This document shows, one piece after another, positions 12,484 to 26,612 of a DNA stretch of 64,000 bases. Under the pieces are notes generated by a model. It was not told the origin of the DNA. It worked only from the letters and a program-made list of their open reading frames with translations, and ran no database searches. The DNA is taken from NCBI GenBank assembly GCA_964016885.1, contig OZ024748.1:48794001-48858000 (forward strand), in the 5' to 3' direction. Source of the stretch: Eledone cirrhosa. Lineage: Eukaryota. Every line of letters begins with the position of its first letter. Within the stretch, counting starts at the first letter, position 1. A program made the translations under genes and the position numbers.

Positions 12484-12722
12484 TAGTAATAATAATAAAT
12501 GTGAAGACTAAAGTCCAAAGAGGGCTCGATAAGTATAAATATATATATCAAATATATAAGAACTGTAGAGCAAATATTTATTAAAATAACAGATTAAAGT
12601 TTAAGCAAAGAATCGCTGCTTTCACCCTTAACGGGATCTTCTGAAACTGTTTCAGAAGATCCCGTTAGGGGTGAAAGCAGCGATTCTTTGCTTAAACTTT
12701 AATCTGTTATTTTAATAAATAT
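12484..12722 (-). mobile_element. Penelope-like terminal repeat fragment with 149-bp palindrome and hammerhead-like motif
   Basis: 12574-12722 palindrome centred on 12648; same family as 50578-50666; motif gtttCAGAAGAtcccgttagggGtGAAAgca...tgctTaaac. Confidence 0.65.
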
Positions 12723-12831
12723 ATATATATATATATATATATAACCATTATTTGTCTGCCTCTCTGTTTTGTTCCCGTTTAAATTTGTACTATATATATA
12801 TATATATATAGTGCAAATTTATATATATATA

Positions 12832-13016
12832 TAGGAACAAGTAGGACCCCGACGGCTGAGCTCAAGCCGTTTCGACGGCTAATTCAGAATTAGCCGTCGA
12901 AACGGCTTGAGCTCAGCCGTCGGGGTCCTACTCGTTCCTATTACCCACTCTACTACCCTAAGTATTGAGTACTTTGGTGCGTTATGGTCCACCTGGTTCC
13001 TTACCACATTTCCTTC

Positions 13017-13020
<4 letters not shown>
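12832..13020 (+). mobile_element. Palindromic short element in (TA)n, copy A
   Basis: 12832-12940 palindrome centred on 12886 plus an 80-bp unique tail; copies at 53955-54145 (-) and 58762-58852 (tail only). Confidence 0.85.
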
Positions 13021-13057
<37 letters not shown>

Positions 13058-13061
<4 letters not shown>

Positions 13062-13430
13062 TTATCATCATCACCGTTTTACGTCCGTTCTTCCATGCTA
13101 GCATGGGTTAGACGGGTTGTCCTGTTGTGTGCAGTGTCTGGTCGGCTGACCATGCCTTGCTCATACAGGAACTGATCTGGCTTGATTTCTACAGCTGGAT
13201 GCCCTTCCTAACACCAACCTCATTTACAGTGAGTGCTGGGTGCTTTTTCGTGGCGCCTACACGTCCACTTTACAGTGTGGGCTGGGTGCTTTTTTGCCGT
13301 GGCACCTCCACGACCACCTTGCGGTGGGGGCATATTGTTTATATGCTTCAGCATGTACCCATGGGAGGTCGGGTACTCTGTATTACTGCGTGACGCCAGA
13401 AGTCACGGTCGTGTGTCATTGTCTTTGAGA
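13058..13430 (-). mobile_element. 3' end of RTE LINE/SINE chimera
   Basis: Near-identical reverse complement of 22150-22490, including the end of the ORF ([12 protein letters not shown]). Confidence 0.85.
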
Positions 13431-13449
13431 GGTGTATATATATTGAGAG

Positions 13450-13555
<106 letters not shown>

Positions 13556-13887
13556 ATATGTATATATATGTATGTATATATGTATATATATGTATGTATA
13601 TATGTATATATATATGTATGTATGTATGTATGTATATATATATATATATGTATGTATGTATATAATAATACAAGGACGATTTGTGAAGCCTTCATTACGT
13701 TTATTGATTGGTGACATGTGTTTTGCTATTGATCAGCTCAAGATTTGATCTGTATTGATCTGGCCCAACTCTGGAATCAAAAGCTCGTCGAACCTCTGCT
13801 GTTGTAATGATAGAATGAACATATAAAGCATAGAAATGTCTAACATTTCATGTTCATATCGTGGACAGTTTACGTAGTTACACTCCT

Positions 13888-13921
<34 letters not shown>

Positions 13922-13934
13922 CATATATACACAC

Positions 13935-14530
13935 ATGGTGGCTGCCAACTCGTTTTCGAGTACGGCCACTACTTTATATCCATGTAAGAGAACCCCTGCC
14001 GATGCGCTGAACGAGTGTGACTTTTTAGTCCAGCCAGCGACTTGAAAACTCTGGTACAAACACTACACTTGTGACAATTATTGACACATAGTGCTGGGCC
14101 CATGGTACCATGTGATGACAAGTGCAGAGAGATCTCCAGATATAAAGCAATGCCTGTGCCGTGAAGCTTTTATAGTGAGCAAAGGCACTGCACAAAGCCA
14201 GTCCCACTCTCTTAACCAAGATGATATTTACCAAAAAGAAGAACAAGTCAACATCATTGGATACCATCAGGGTTGCAGGTGTTATATCAGAGTTTTCCTT
14301 CTCCTAGAATTCTGCCTTGACAAAGGCTAAGGGGTCATCTCTCCCAGTGATTTTGGATGGCCATTGACTCTTAAGAGCTCCTTTGCCCTTTGACAGGTTT
14401 TGTTTTTAGTCCTGCAGGATGTCCAAAGTCACCCTCCTCACCAAGAAACCTTGGTAGGGTTGCCAGTTTAGTCGCCAACGACCCGACCATGAGACAGGTT
14501 GTACTGGGATACATGTTACCTGTAGCACCA
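13935..14530 (-). mobile_element. Probable non-autonomous RTE derivative (5' UTR-like part plus 3' tail)
   Basis: Minus-strand ctaggagaaggaaaactctgatataacacc motif (recalled as RTE 5' UTR-like); terminal tggccgtactcgaaaacgag...gcagcca shared with 14985-15018 and 57950-58190. Confidence 0.5.
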
Positions 14531-14561
14531 ACATACATACATACATACATATATACATACA

Positions 14562-14760
14562 TGAGGGTCGCCTGAAAAGTTTATAGGCTGAGCAAGATAT
14601 GCATAGAATGACCAAATGAGGTTTATTTTTCAATGTAGTTCTGAAATGAAACAAGGATGGTTATTAACAAGAAGAGTTGAAATTAATGCATGCATGCAAG
14701 ATTTCACAGCTCTAGCATCACTCCTTCATAGTCAGCCTTTGAGCTTTTCAGCAGACCTTC

Positions 14761-14761
<1 letters not shown>
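14562..14761. mobile_element. Mariner-type MITE
   Basis: Imperfect TIRs gagggtcgcctgaaaagtttataggctga / tcagcctttgagcttttcagcagaccttc, within (TACA)n. Confidence 0.65.
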
Positions 14762-14791
<30 letters not shown>

Positions 14792-15984
14792 TGTATGTAT
14801 GTATGTATGTATGTATGTATGTATGTATGTATGTATGTATGTATGTATGTATGTATGTATGTATGTGTGTGTATATGTATATATATATATATATATATTT
14901 TTTTTCCCTTTTTTTTTTTTTTTAATTTTTTTTTTTAATTTATTTATTATTATTATTATTATTATTTTTTTTTTTCTTGTGCAATGGCCATACTCGATAA
15001 CGAGGGGGCAGCCATCATGTATGTATGTATGTATGTATGTATGCATGTGTATTTATGTGACTGTATGTATATATATATATATATATACATACACATATAT
15101 ATATATATGTCTTGCTGGGTGTTTGACTTTATTTATTTAACCACCATCCTCAGTCTCCATTTTTTTCTCACCCTATTCCACCCCCATCCCACATGCACCT
15201 CTCCTACACCATCTGTAAACCCCTCCCCCCCCCATCCCACAAAGTACGAATTATAGATAGACCAAGCAAACAGATCCAAAAAGTCAAACCTCGTTAGTTT
15301 ACCATTCCAGATGATGATATTTATGTAACTTAAAACTATTCTATTTAAACATTGAATTAAATAGTTGGGTTAAGGTATGAAGGTACCAGTTCTTTCTAAC
15401 TTATGAATAGCAGAGTTAGGGGATGGAGCTACCTAGTTTGTTACAGCTTATCAATTCATAATCCTCTGCCAAGCATTACATTCTATCTCTTAGCAACACA
15501 CTCAATCATTAATGTCGAAATGTAATTAATTTATAATAAAATTTATTTACTTTTTAGAATGACAGTTCTATTATAAGTAGCAGGCTTATTTATTTATCTG
15601 TCTATTTATTTGTTATTTTTTAATTAATTATTTCTATAAAAGAAAGTTACCTGTGAAATGTTAGCATTCTTTTCAAAATAAGATACTGTATAATACTTCC
15701 AATATCTTTTTAATCATTTACATTCTGAGTTCAAATTCCACCAAGGTCAATTTTGTCTTTCATAATTTTGGAGTCGATAAAATAAAATACCTGCCAAGTA
15801 AAGGGGTTGATTTAAACAACTTTGCCCATACCCCAAATTTTGTAGCCTTGTACTTACATTAGAAATCAGTGTATTTGTAATAACCCTGTAATAAATCTGA
15901 GTAGCTTATAAATATTATACTTTACATATATATTTTTAGATCTAATCATAATCCCCTGTAATATGGTTTATTATATTTGAAGAT

Positions 15985-16410
15985 GTGTGGCTTAGTGGCT
16001 AGAGAGTTGGTTTCACAATCATAAGATTGTGAGTTCAATTCCTGGGCTGGGTGATGTGTATTATTCTTGAGCAAGACACTTTGTTTCATGTTCAAGTTCA
16101 CTTGGCTGTAGAAATGAATTTTGACATCACTGGTGCCAAGCTGCACTAGTCTTTGTCTTGGACAACATCATATATAGTTTATATATAATATATAATGTGT
16201 ATATAGAGTGTATATATTGGTTGCTACGTCAATGGAGCCAAGGCTGTATTATCAGCTTTTGTTGTTTCCTTGGACAATGTCAGTGTCTTGGAGAGGGGAG
16301 ACTGGTAGGCATGGGTGACTTGCTGGGCTTGTGCCTTTGAGGGGGACTTTTTATGTGTAGAAGCCATGGTCATTCATGATGGGGGGGGGGGGGGGGGGGG
16401 CTTTACCTTC
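15985..16410 (+). mobile_element. tRNA-derived SINE related to 1995-2275
   Basis: A box tggcttagtgg, B box gagttcaattcc, ttcttgagcaagacactt block, ggtgccaagctg, ccatggtcattcatga. Confidence 0.7.
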
Positions 16411-16677
16411 TTTGGTAACATAGTTATAGCTATTATGTGGCTATGTTAAAATATAACTTTATTACACAATATTCTAAAAATATAAAAAAAAGCTAACAAT
16501 AATGTATATTTACTCGTCAGAAAGTGAAAGTTCAAAACAAAAAAAGAACAACATCCATCATTTAAAATTGAAAATATTTCTTACAAGAAAACAAGAGAAA
16601 AACCCATTCTAGAAATAGTGAAATAGAAGAGTTTGTTTATTTGTTTGTTTTAGTTTTGTGTATGTGTGTATGTTTAT

Positions 16678-16718
<41 letters not shown>

Positions 16719-16732
16719 TAGATAAGTGTGTG

Positions 16733-16767
<35 letters not shown>

Positions 16768-19480
16768 ATACACACACACACACAAATATATATATATATT
16801 TGTGTGTGTGTGTATATATATATATTTGTGTGTGTGTTTATATGTATATATATATATTTGTGTGTTTATATATATATATATATTTGTGTGTATGTTTATA
16901 TATATATACACACACACACACACACTCACATATACTCCAACCATTAACCTGTCTGATTATTGATGAAGGAAGAGCTGTAAATGTCATCTAGTTAATATGA
17001 ATCATACTTTAATGTCGGCACTTTAGCTGTTTTCCATTTGTTTTGTCAGGGAATTAAAATAATTAGATATTTTCTTAATTCTTTTTCTCTCCATTTCTTC
17101 AATAATTTTAGTAAACTTTGTTCGTTACCCTTCCCCCATCCTTCCCAATCTTTTCTTTCTTTTAAACTTATTTTTCTTCTTCCAACTTCAGTCTGAATTA
17201 TAAGGAAGTTATTTTACTCAGGAACTATTAATAATAATGCAGTCTTAGAAGTTGTTATTGTTGTTGATGTTGTTGTTGTTTATCCCCCAGTCAATCAAGC
17301 AGACTTTTGATGAAATGCATTCCTTCTGTGATTATCTCAGCTTTTTTAGAGGTATATACGACTACATTATCTAATGTACCCCCCTTTTAGAGGTATTTAG
17401 GACTACATTATCTAATGTACCCCGCCATTTTTTAGAGGTATATAGGACTACATTATTTAATGTAGCTCCACCCCTTTTTTTAAAGATGGTAGAGTCTGGT
17501 TTGAGGTAGATTTGGTTGCTTTTTCTAACAGATTACACAACTATGAAAAGGCTTTCTTGTCTGTTTACCTCAGTGGTGTAACAGTTAGCATTGGTGCCTT
17601 CCACTTTTAAAAGTAGTAGATTAATGTTTTTAATACCAAACCACCTGGTTCTACAATGCACTAAGGTGTTTATATTTATCTAAAAATCTTTCATTACAAT
17701 CTTTTGTAAGAAGCGTTTGCTAAGCTGTGTTCTAAACACCTGCTTAATAATGAAAAAATTAAATTTCTAAATCCTTCCAAATTTTTGCTTATTTTCATAA
17801 TTAATTAAGACATCATTAGCAGTCTATCATTAGAAATAGGGTAATAAAAGAGTTAATACTAAATCTTTCAAAATTTCTGATTATTTTCAATGCTCTCCAA
17901 TTCCTCTCATTCTTATGTAATCTATATCATAAGGAAGTCTTTAGAAATTTTTTTTTAAATATTTTTTCCTTTGCATTATTCCTTAATTTCTAGTTTATAT
18001 TTTTCTTCTAACTATCCATAACTCCCGGTGGAGTTGTAAGGCATTTCTTGGGAATTTTAAAAAACCTGGGCGAACCAATCTCTACAGCTTTGAATGCAAC
18101 TGGTTTCTTCCAGAGAAAGGAAGAAGAGTGATAGAGAGGAAGTGAGAAAGATGTAGAGGAAGTGAAAAAGATGTAGAGGAAGTGTGAAAGCTAGAGAGGA
18201 AGTTAGAAAGGTAGAAAGGAAGAATTTCCCCAGTACTAGACTGGTACTTTTTTAATCACCTCTGGAAGGATGATTGGCAAAGTTGACGCCGGTGAGATTT
18301 GAGTTTAGAGAACACAGATTGAGAAGAAACACTGCAAAGCGCTCTAGCCAATGTTTGACTCTGCCATTTCACTGCCATTCTGTCAATATTAGAAGTGGAA
18401 TATCTGAATAGTTTCTAGTTGCCATGTTAGAATATCTCAAGCTTCCATCATGTTTTCTTTCTTGTTTTGTTGTTTTATTATGTAACTGCTGACAATTCTT
18501 CCTAAAGTAGCTTGGTAAAAAAAATAAAAACTAATAATAATCTTTAAATATCAAAACTTCATCAATCAAACCTTATGGCCTCCAATTCTGTTAAAAGTTA
18601 AAGAATTCTAAAAAAATAAATAAATAAATAAATATAATATAAAAAAAATAGAAGCAAATTATTGTCAGATAAATAAAAAACTATTTTAGAGAGTGTATAG
18701 ATCATAATTTTTGTTGTTTCTGATTAATTCTACTCTAATATTGCCTACTGTAAATCAAAAACTTCCATAAAGATATTAACTTTTATAATAAAAGCTACAC
18801 ACACACAGTTTTTTCTTCTGTTAGTTCCACAATGTGTTTCATCATCATTATCATTATCATCATCATCATCATTATTATTTCACTTGTGATATTTATTTTG
18901 TGGCCTTTTCAAAAAACAAATCTTTAAATGTTTTATATTTTATTGAAGTAAAAAAAAAAAAAAAAAAAAAAAATGATTCCCCCCGCCCCCCGCATATTTC
19001 ATATATATATATATATTACTGAATTAATAGCATTTGTCAAAGCATACTTAACTTATTGAATAGCGATCTAGGGAGAATTTGATTATGACTGAAATAACCC
19101 CAAAACAATGTTTCTCTCATTTGAGCAACAAACTTTGTGGATAAGGGAGTTAATTATGACAGAAAAGGTTCATAAAAAAAAAATATATATATTATGTTTC
19201 TTAATTGTCTGGGCATGTCTTTTGTTGTTGTTGTTTGTTTGTTTGTTTGTTGGTTGGTTTGTATTGTATTTTTTCCATGTTTCCTACTTCTATCTCCATC
19301 AGAATACTCACAACACACAGAAGACACAGTCTTATGATGGATTTTATATCTATCTCTAGTGTGTGTATATGTAACTGTTTTGTGTGTGTGTTTGTATGTA
19401 TTTAATAATCTTATAGTTATTTTTGTGTTATATATAATATATATATATATATATAATTGGCGATATAATTGTATATAATT

Positions 19481-19960
<480 letters not shown>

Positions 19961-19964
19961 CTAT

Positions 19965-19995
<31 letters not shown>

Positions 19996-20184
19996 ATGCC
20001 CCAGCATGGCCTCAGTCGGATGGCTGGAACAAGTAAAAGAGTAATATATAGACAAGTAAGTTTGTTTTGAAACAGCGAGTGAAGTTTGAAATAGAAATAG
20101 TTTTCGCCATATTTTTTACTAAAGAGATTTTAATCTGATATTGGGGTCTAGAACCCTCTGAATAGTGGAAAAGGATGGGTATTG

Positions 20185-20295
<111 letters not shown>

Positions 20296-20825
20296 CGTTT
20301 GTTTGGTTCAGAATAGTTACACCGTATCCCTGTGTGCCAGAAGAATTAGTTAAAAGGGTTGCTGTCAAGAAGGGCAGCCGTCTGTAAAACATTGACTCAG
20401 AACTTCACATCCTACACACGCCAGCATCGAACATTTGACATAAAAACAATAATAATGATGATTCTGTATGTATGTGTGTGTGAAGTGATGAAGCTGAAAT
20501 TTTGATGTCATTGCCACTTTTCTACTTAAAACATAAAATTTTACACTCTACCCACCAGAGTGTTCATTCAGTTAATCTTTTAATATTTTAAACACCTTCT
20601 AACATGCACACACATACTTTTTATGACCTTGAGCCTATAGTAGAAATCATTATTACCATTATTTTACTTTTGGAAGAATCTTTACTTCCTGGGAAACCAT
20701 AAAATTACAATGAAAGGGAATGTTTTCTATCTAGAAACAATTTAATAGAGGCGTAAAATTAATATTTACAAAAAAATTTGACACTATACTGAATACACTT
20801 GTTAGATGACTTCAACACTTTCTAG

Positions 20826-20875
<50 letters not shown>

Positions 20876-20889
20876 AATCATTGTCATTG

Positions 20890-21320
20890 TCTTCTCCTCC
20901 TCCGTCCACTTTTTCCTGAGAGGGTTGTGAGGGAAGAGTTATCAAACACTCCCTCCAGCGAGTCCTGTCAGAAGCAACCATCTCTAACTGGTCCTACTGG
21001 ATCCCCAAGCGATACCAGCCAAGCTCATGGATGTTACCTAACCATCTTGCTCAGGGTCTACCCTTGGTTTTTCCCGTAAAATCTGTCCAGCGATTCTTTC
21101 CTTAGACATTCTAACCACACATGTCCATAGTATCGGAGCTGTGATCTCTCAATTTGGAGAAGTAGCAGCTCTACCTGGAGTGAATCTCTGATTTCCGAGC
21201 TATGCACTCTTTCGAGTAATGTTACTCCAAAGACCCTTTGGAGGAATCCCATTGTGGTCGCTTGAATTCACGATCGTATTCTTTCAGTCATTACCCAAGA
21301 TTCATAACCATAGGTAAGGG
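20890..21320 (-). mobile_element. 3' fragment of a second RTE-like LINE family
   Basis: Translation FLQRVFGVTLLERVHSSEIRDSLQVELLLLQIERSQLRYYGHV; related 3' ends at ~36455-36605 and ~40970-41125. Confidence 0.75.
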
Positions 21321-21344
21321 TTCTTCTTCTTCTTTAAAAGAGTA

Positions 21345-21555
21345 TTGGATTAGCAGTATCGGTAGAGCGTCAGACACCATGCTTTGTGGCATAGTTACAG
21401 CTTTTTATGTTCTGAGTTCAAATCCTGCCAAGATTAGCTTTGCTTTCATCCTTACGGGGTCGATAAAATAAAGTACCAGTAATACACTGGCGTCAATTTA
21501 ATTGACTTTCTCCTCCCCCAAATTGCTGGCCTTGTGCCTCTAGTAAAAACAATTA
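21345..21555 (+). mobile_element. SINE A
   Basis: Consensus blocks of family A. Confidence 0.8.
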
Positions 21556-21584
21556 TTGTTGTTGTTATTGTTTAATATCTTCAT

Positions 21585-22490
21585 CAAGCAAACAGCCACA
21601 GGAAACAAGTACCACCAATCTCTGGGAGGGCCCTGTAGAAACAGTAGACAGCTTCTGCTACCTAGGTGACCGAATTAGCAACGGAGGTGGGTGCTCAGAA
21701 AGTACAATAACTAGGGTAAGAACGGGATGGAAGAAGTTTAGGGAACTACTACCACTGCTAGCTGCAAAAGGCTTCTCCCTCAGAATGAAAGGCAGACTGT
21801 ATGATGCGTGTATCCGAACAGCGATGTTGCATGGTAGTGAGACCTGGGCGCTGAAGGTGGAAGACTTACGTAGATTAGAGAGAAACGAAGCCTGCATGCT
21901 CCGATGGATGTGTAACAGTAATATACGTGAACGACAAAGCATAAATGAATTGAGAGAGAGACTGAGCATAAGAGGAATCAAATGCTGCGTGCAGGAGAGG
22001 CGGTTACGCTGGTATGGACATGTGATGCGTATGAAGGATGACAGCTGCATAAAAAGGTGCAGAGCACTAGAAGTTGATGGAAACCGCGGAGTGGGGAGAC
22101 CCAAGATGACTTGGGATGAGGTGATAAAAGCCGACCTTACCCAACTACACCTCTCAAAGTCAATGACACACGACCGTGACTTCTGGCGTCACGCAGTAAT
22201 ACAGGGTACCCGACCTCCCATGGGTACATGCTGAAGCATATAAACAATATGCCCCCCCCCCCCCACCGCAAGGTGGTCGTGGAGGTGCCACGGCAAAAAA
22301 GCACCCAGCACTCACTGTAAATGAGGTTGGTGTTAGGAAGGGCATCCAGCTGTAGAAATCAAGCCAGATCAGTTCCTGTATGAGCAAGGCATGGTCAGCC
22401 GACCAGACACTGCCCACAACAGGACAACCCGTCTAACCCATGCTAGCGTGGAAGAACGGACGTAAAACGGTGATGATGATGATGATGATG
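21585..22490 (+). mobile_element. RTE LINE 3' region (open 149-aa C-terminal frame) joined to a SINE-B-like 3' module
   Basis: ORF 21785-22234 KGRLYDACIRTAMLHGSETW...RLRWYGHVMRM...GRPKMTW; upstream FCYLGD; (GAT)n tail. Confidence 0.9.
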
Positions 22491-23054
22491 ATCAATCTAT
22501 GGTTACCGTTTACTTCTTTCAATGATTTCATTTTATATTTATTAATCTGATTTTAATATATTTCTCTACTTAGTTATTTCATTTAAAAAAAATAATTTTC
22601 GTTTCAATTCACTGTGTACTTTTGTACACACTCTCCCCTTCTCTCACCCCTCCCCCCTTCTCTCTCACACACTGTCCCCTTCTCTCTCTCTCACACTCCC
22701 CTTCTCACACTCCCCTTCTCTCCCTCGCACACACACACACTCTCTCTCTCATCTCTTTGTTGAGTTGTTATGTTGATAAAACTTCAAAAGAGACATTTTG
22801 ATTTTCTATAGCTACCGATTATATGATTAATCAACCAAAGAATCTCTCTCTCACCTCGCTATCTACTTTACTCTCTCTCAGTTACTCTTCAAATTGGAAT
22901 ACTTTTATTATCAGAACTGAGATGAGACTACCCATGTCTTCCTTCCTTTCTTGATCCTGGTTTACACCTACCCACCCTTTTTATTTTACCTTTGTTTTTG
23001 TGTTATTTTAAAACTTTATTTTTCTTCATTTTCATTCTGAGTTTATCTAGTTTA

Positions 23055-23180
23055 GAATAGGTACACTGTATCCCTGTATGTATCAGGTTTACAATAGGTA
23101 CACTGTAGCCCTGTGTGTACCCAGTTTACAATAGGTACACTGTATCCCTGTGTATACCTAGCTTACAATAGGAACACCAT
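23055..23180. repeat. Short tandem repeat (~37-38 bp, 3+ copies)
   Basis: aataggtacactgtatccctgtgtgtac...ttac. Confidence 0.75.
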
Positions 23181-23780
23181 ATTTCTCTCGGTGTTGTAAG
23201 AGGTTACTAAAAGAGTTGGCACCAGGAAGGGCATCTGGTAATAAAACATTGCTTTAAGAAAGGACCCTATGATAAAAAAGTATAAAACCTTTGATGGGGC
23301 CAACAAGATAGCCCTTGGCTTTTAGCAAGGAACAAACACCTTAAAACATAGAAATTAATTTATTTCTTCATTTTTACTTTTATTCCACCCTCCGTTTTGG
23401 TTTTGACTGTTTAAAATTTTCTTTTCTTTCATTTATTTATTTTCACTTCATATTGAAATTAGTGAAAGTTTAGTGACAGTAGTAGCTGGTGAGTAAAGAG
23501 TAATTCTCCTAATAGGAATGAAATAAAACTACTCAAAGATTGCTGCTATAATGGAAGGATGTCATCAAGTTACACAATAGCTTGGTTTGAAAATAATAAT
23601 AATAATATGATACCTTTAATGTTTTAGATTTAAATCTAAAGAATTAGATTGGGGAGGAAGGAAGGGAGAAGGGGTGAAATTTAGAAGAAAGAAGAGAACA
23701 TTTTTTTAAAGGGAAATATTAAAAGATCTAAAATATGTAGAATTTTGATACTGAAAATCCTAGTTAGTCCAACAAATTTA

Positions 23781-23973
23781 CTGTATATACTCAAACATAA
23801 GTCGAGCCTCCTCTCCCCATTTTATGTCTGGATATAGGTGAAAACCCAAACTCATTTATAAACTGAGGCAGCTAATCAACACATTGTTTAGATGGTGTAT
23901 ATAAGCCAACCTCCCATTTTATCATCAATATTTTAGGTCACATATTCTTCAGCTTATATTTGAGTATATACAG
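23781..23973. mobile_element. Tc1/mariner-superfamily MITE with TA target duplication
   Basis: ta|ctgtatatactcaaacataag ... cttatatttgagtatatacag|ta. Confidence 0.8.
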
Positions 23974-24341
23974 TATATACTGTCTATGTGTATGCAAAAA
24001 GTAAAAGGAAACAACAAAGCAAACACTTGATATAGTAGGAAACGAGTCTTTACATTTTGAACACTAGTCCTTCATTAGAAGTTAGAATGAGAAATAAAAA
24101 ATGGGTGAGAAGAGGAATGAAAGGAAAACTTTTTTTTTGAGAAAAGGCATGTGTGGATTCAGTCAGCCATTTTGGAACTCGTGTATAAGTCACAACTTTT
24201 TCCTTGAAAACACAACAAGAGAAACCAGCACGCAACTTATCTATTGGACCTATAAAATCTTAATTTTGACAGTTCCTGTTGGTCTAAACCTCAACTCAAC
24301 TCACCATCTATTAGCTCTTAATGTCCAGTATCACATGAATC

Positions 24342-24610
24342 CACATTAGCAAAACGTTTTTAAAAAGTACAAAACAGCACTATGACTTGTATCATATGAA
24401 AAATTAAAGTCTTGTTTTCTGCTAATTTCCACAATAATCTGTCCAACAGTAAAGATACTATAAACATTTAAATCAATAAATCACATTAGCAAAACATTCT
24501 TAAAAAGTACAAAACAGCACTATGGTTGCATCACATTACATATAGTCTTTACTCTAATACTACAAATGTTCACAGCAATCTGTCCCCTAGTGAAGATACT
24601 ATAAACATTT
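24342..24610. repeat. Diverged ~140-bp tandem duplication
   Basis: cacattagcaaaac...aaaaagtacaaaacagcactatg...aagatactataaacattt occurs twice. Confidence 0.75.
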
Positions 24611-26069
24611 GAATTAACAGGATGTTCAAAATAAGTCCCGCTGTCTTTGTTATAATTTTTCTTCTTTATTTTTTTTTACCATAATATAATTCCAAACCAT
24701 TGAACTTAATATAGCAGACACAAAACTGAAAATGATGACAGGATACTAATCACTTTCATTCCTTCTTCTTTGAAACTAGGCGCTATTTAATGCTTCTTCT
24801 TTCTACTTTCTCTAAGAACTACAAACCACATTCTAATATAATATAACTTAATTAGTACTTCTTCAGCTATCTGATCCCAATATATTACGTAGATTTAAGT
24901 GATTCAGTTACATTTTATGTTTTCTTTATATGTTTTATATTTTCTCTCCACCCCATAAAGCACCGCCCCATCCCCTTCTATTTTATATTTTCTAGCTATT
25001 TATTTCACATTGCTATCAATATAAAAGCTTTGCTGTATCGTTTGTGTGTCATTATTATAGTTTGTGAGGTATAATTATCTGGAAACCTCCAAGTGATTTA
25101 CAGTGAGCCAAAATGAATTATCCTAAATTTAAAAGTTGTTTATGATGAACAACCTTTTGAGGTTTTCTAGTTTAATCACCTGATAAGATTTCATTAGAAA
25201 TGTCAGTTAACTTCTATTGCAGCATTTTACTTTTCTTTATTGCTTATTTGGCCATTAGACTGTGGCCATGTTGGGGCATCACCATAAAGGGATATTTTAG
25301 TCAATCATATCAACCCTAGTACATACGTATTCATTCAAGTCTGGTACTTATTTTTATCAATCTATTTTTGTCAGACTGCTAAGCTACAGGACATAAATAA
25401 GCAAAACATGTAAACACAGACACGTACACACACACATATGACAGGCTGTCTTACAGTTTCCATTTGTGAAAATTCACTGACAAGGCATTGGTCAACCTAA
25501 AGCTATAATATAAGAACATTTACCCAAGGTAACACACAGCCATACTGGTGATGGCAGTAGTAGTAGCTATGGTAGGACATAAATCATTACATCTTCAGTT
25601 AATAGGCCAAACGTTGATAAAATACCAGTTAAGTATTGGGGTAGGTCCTCTCTTCCTCCCTCAATTGGTCATGTTAACACTGTGAAATGACAGATTTTAG
25701 AAAACCACTCAACATACTTTCTTCTAGAAATGGAGAGGAGTCAAGCAAGGGGCTAGCATCCCTTTCCCATAGATATGTTATAGAAATAAGTATGACACAG
25801 AACTGAAGTTTGCTCTATCATATTCCAGATATCACATATCCTCAACAATTCTTGTCTCATTACCCTTTCGTTGCTATATTTCTAATGAATACAACTAATT
25901 AAAAACTTGAAATGTCAAGCTGACCTGCCAAACAGCTACCCGAGAGAAACATATATAGATCCTACTAACGTGCCAATTCTACCTTCACATAAAACCTTAA
26001 TGTTTGTTTTTGTTTTTTAAATGTAGCACTATATTTTAAATCCTAAATACTAGAACAGATTGTTTCATT

Positions 26070-26612
26070 TTAACCCTTTCATTACCATACTTCTACTGAA
26101 AGACACTGCTTTCCATTTACAATTAATTTTGAAAATTAGCAAAAATTTGGATAGATTTAATAATATAACCAATTTTATCATTATTAAGTTAGTGTTTTGA
26201 ACATAACTTAACAAAGATTCTTACATAAAATGTGGTTGGTGTTAGGAAAAACATCCAGCTATAGAAACCAAGCCCAAAACAGATCTGCATACGACATAGT
26301 CACCTTACCTGACAACCAGTCTAACCCATGTAATCATGGAAAATAGACATTAAACAATGATGGTGATGATAAACATTTTAACCTTTTTGTTAGCATATTT
26401 CTAATGAAAGACACTGCTTGTGGTTTTTGAACCATTTTGAAAATAATCAAGAATTTGAAAGAATTTAGTAATAAAACTTTCTCATTATTATGTTGGTGTT
26501 TGGAGCATAACTTAACAAAGGTTCTTACATAAAATTATGGAGTGCTTTTGGATAAATGTATATATTTAACATCAACAGCATAGAACCAGAGGCAGTTTGG
26601 TAACAACAGCGT
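26070..26612 (-). mobile_element. piggyBac-like MITE family 1 fragments
   Basis: ttaaccctttcattaccata end; homology to 60671-60923. Confidence 0.6.
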
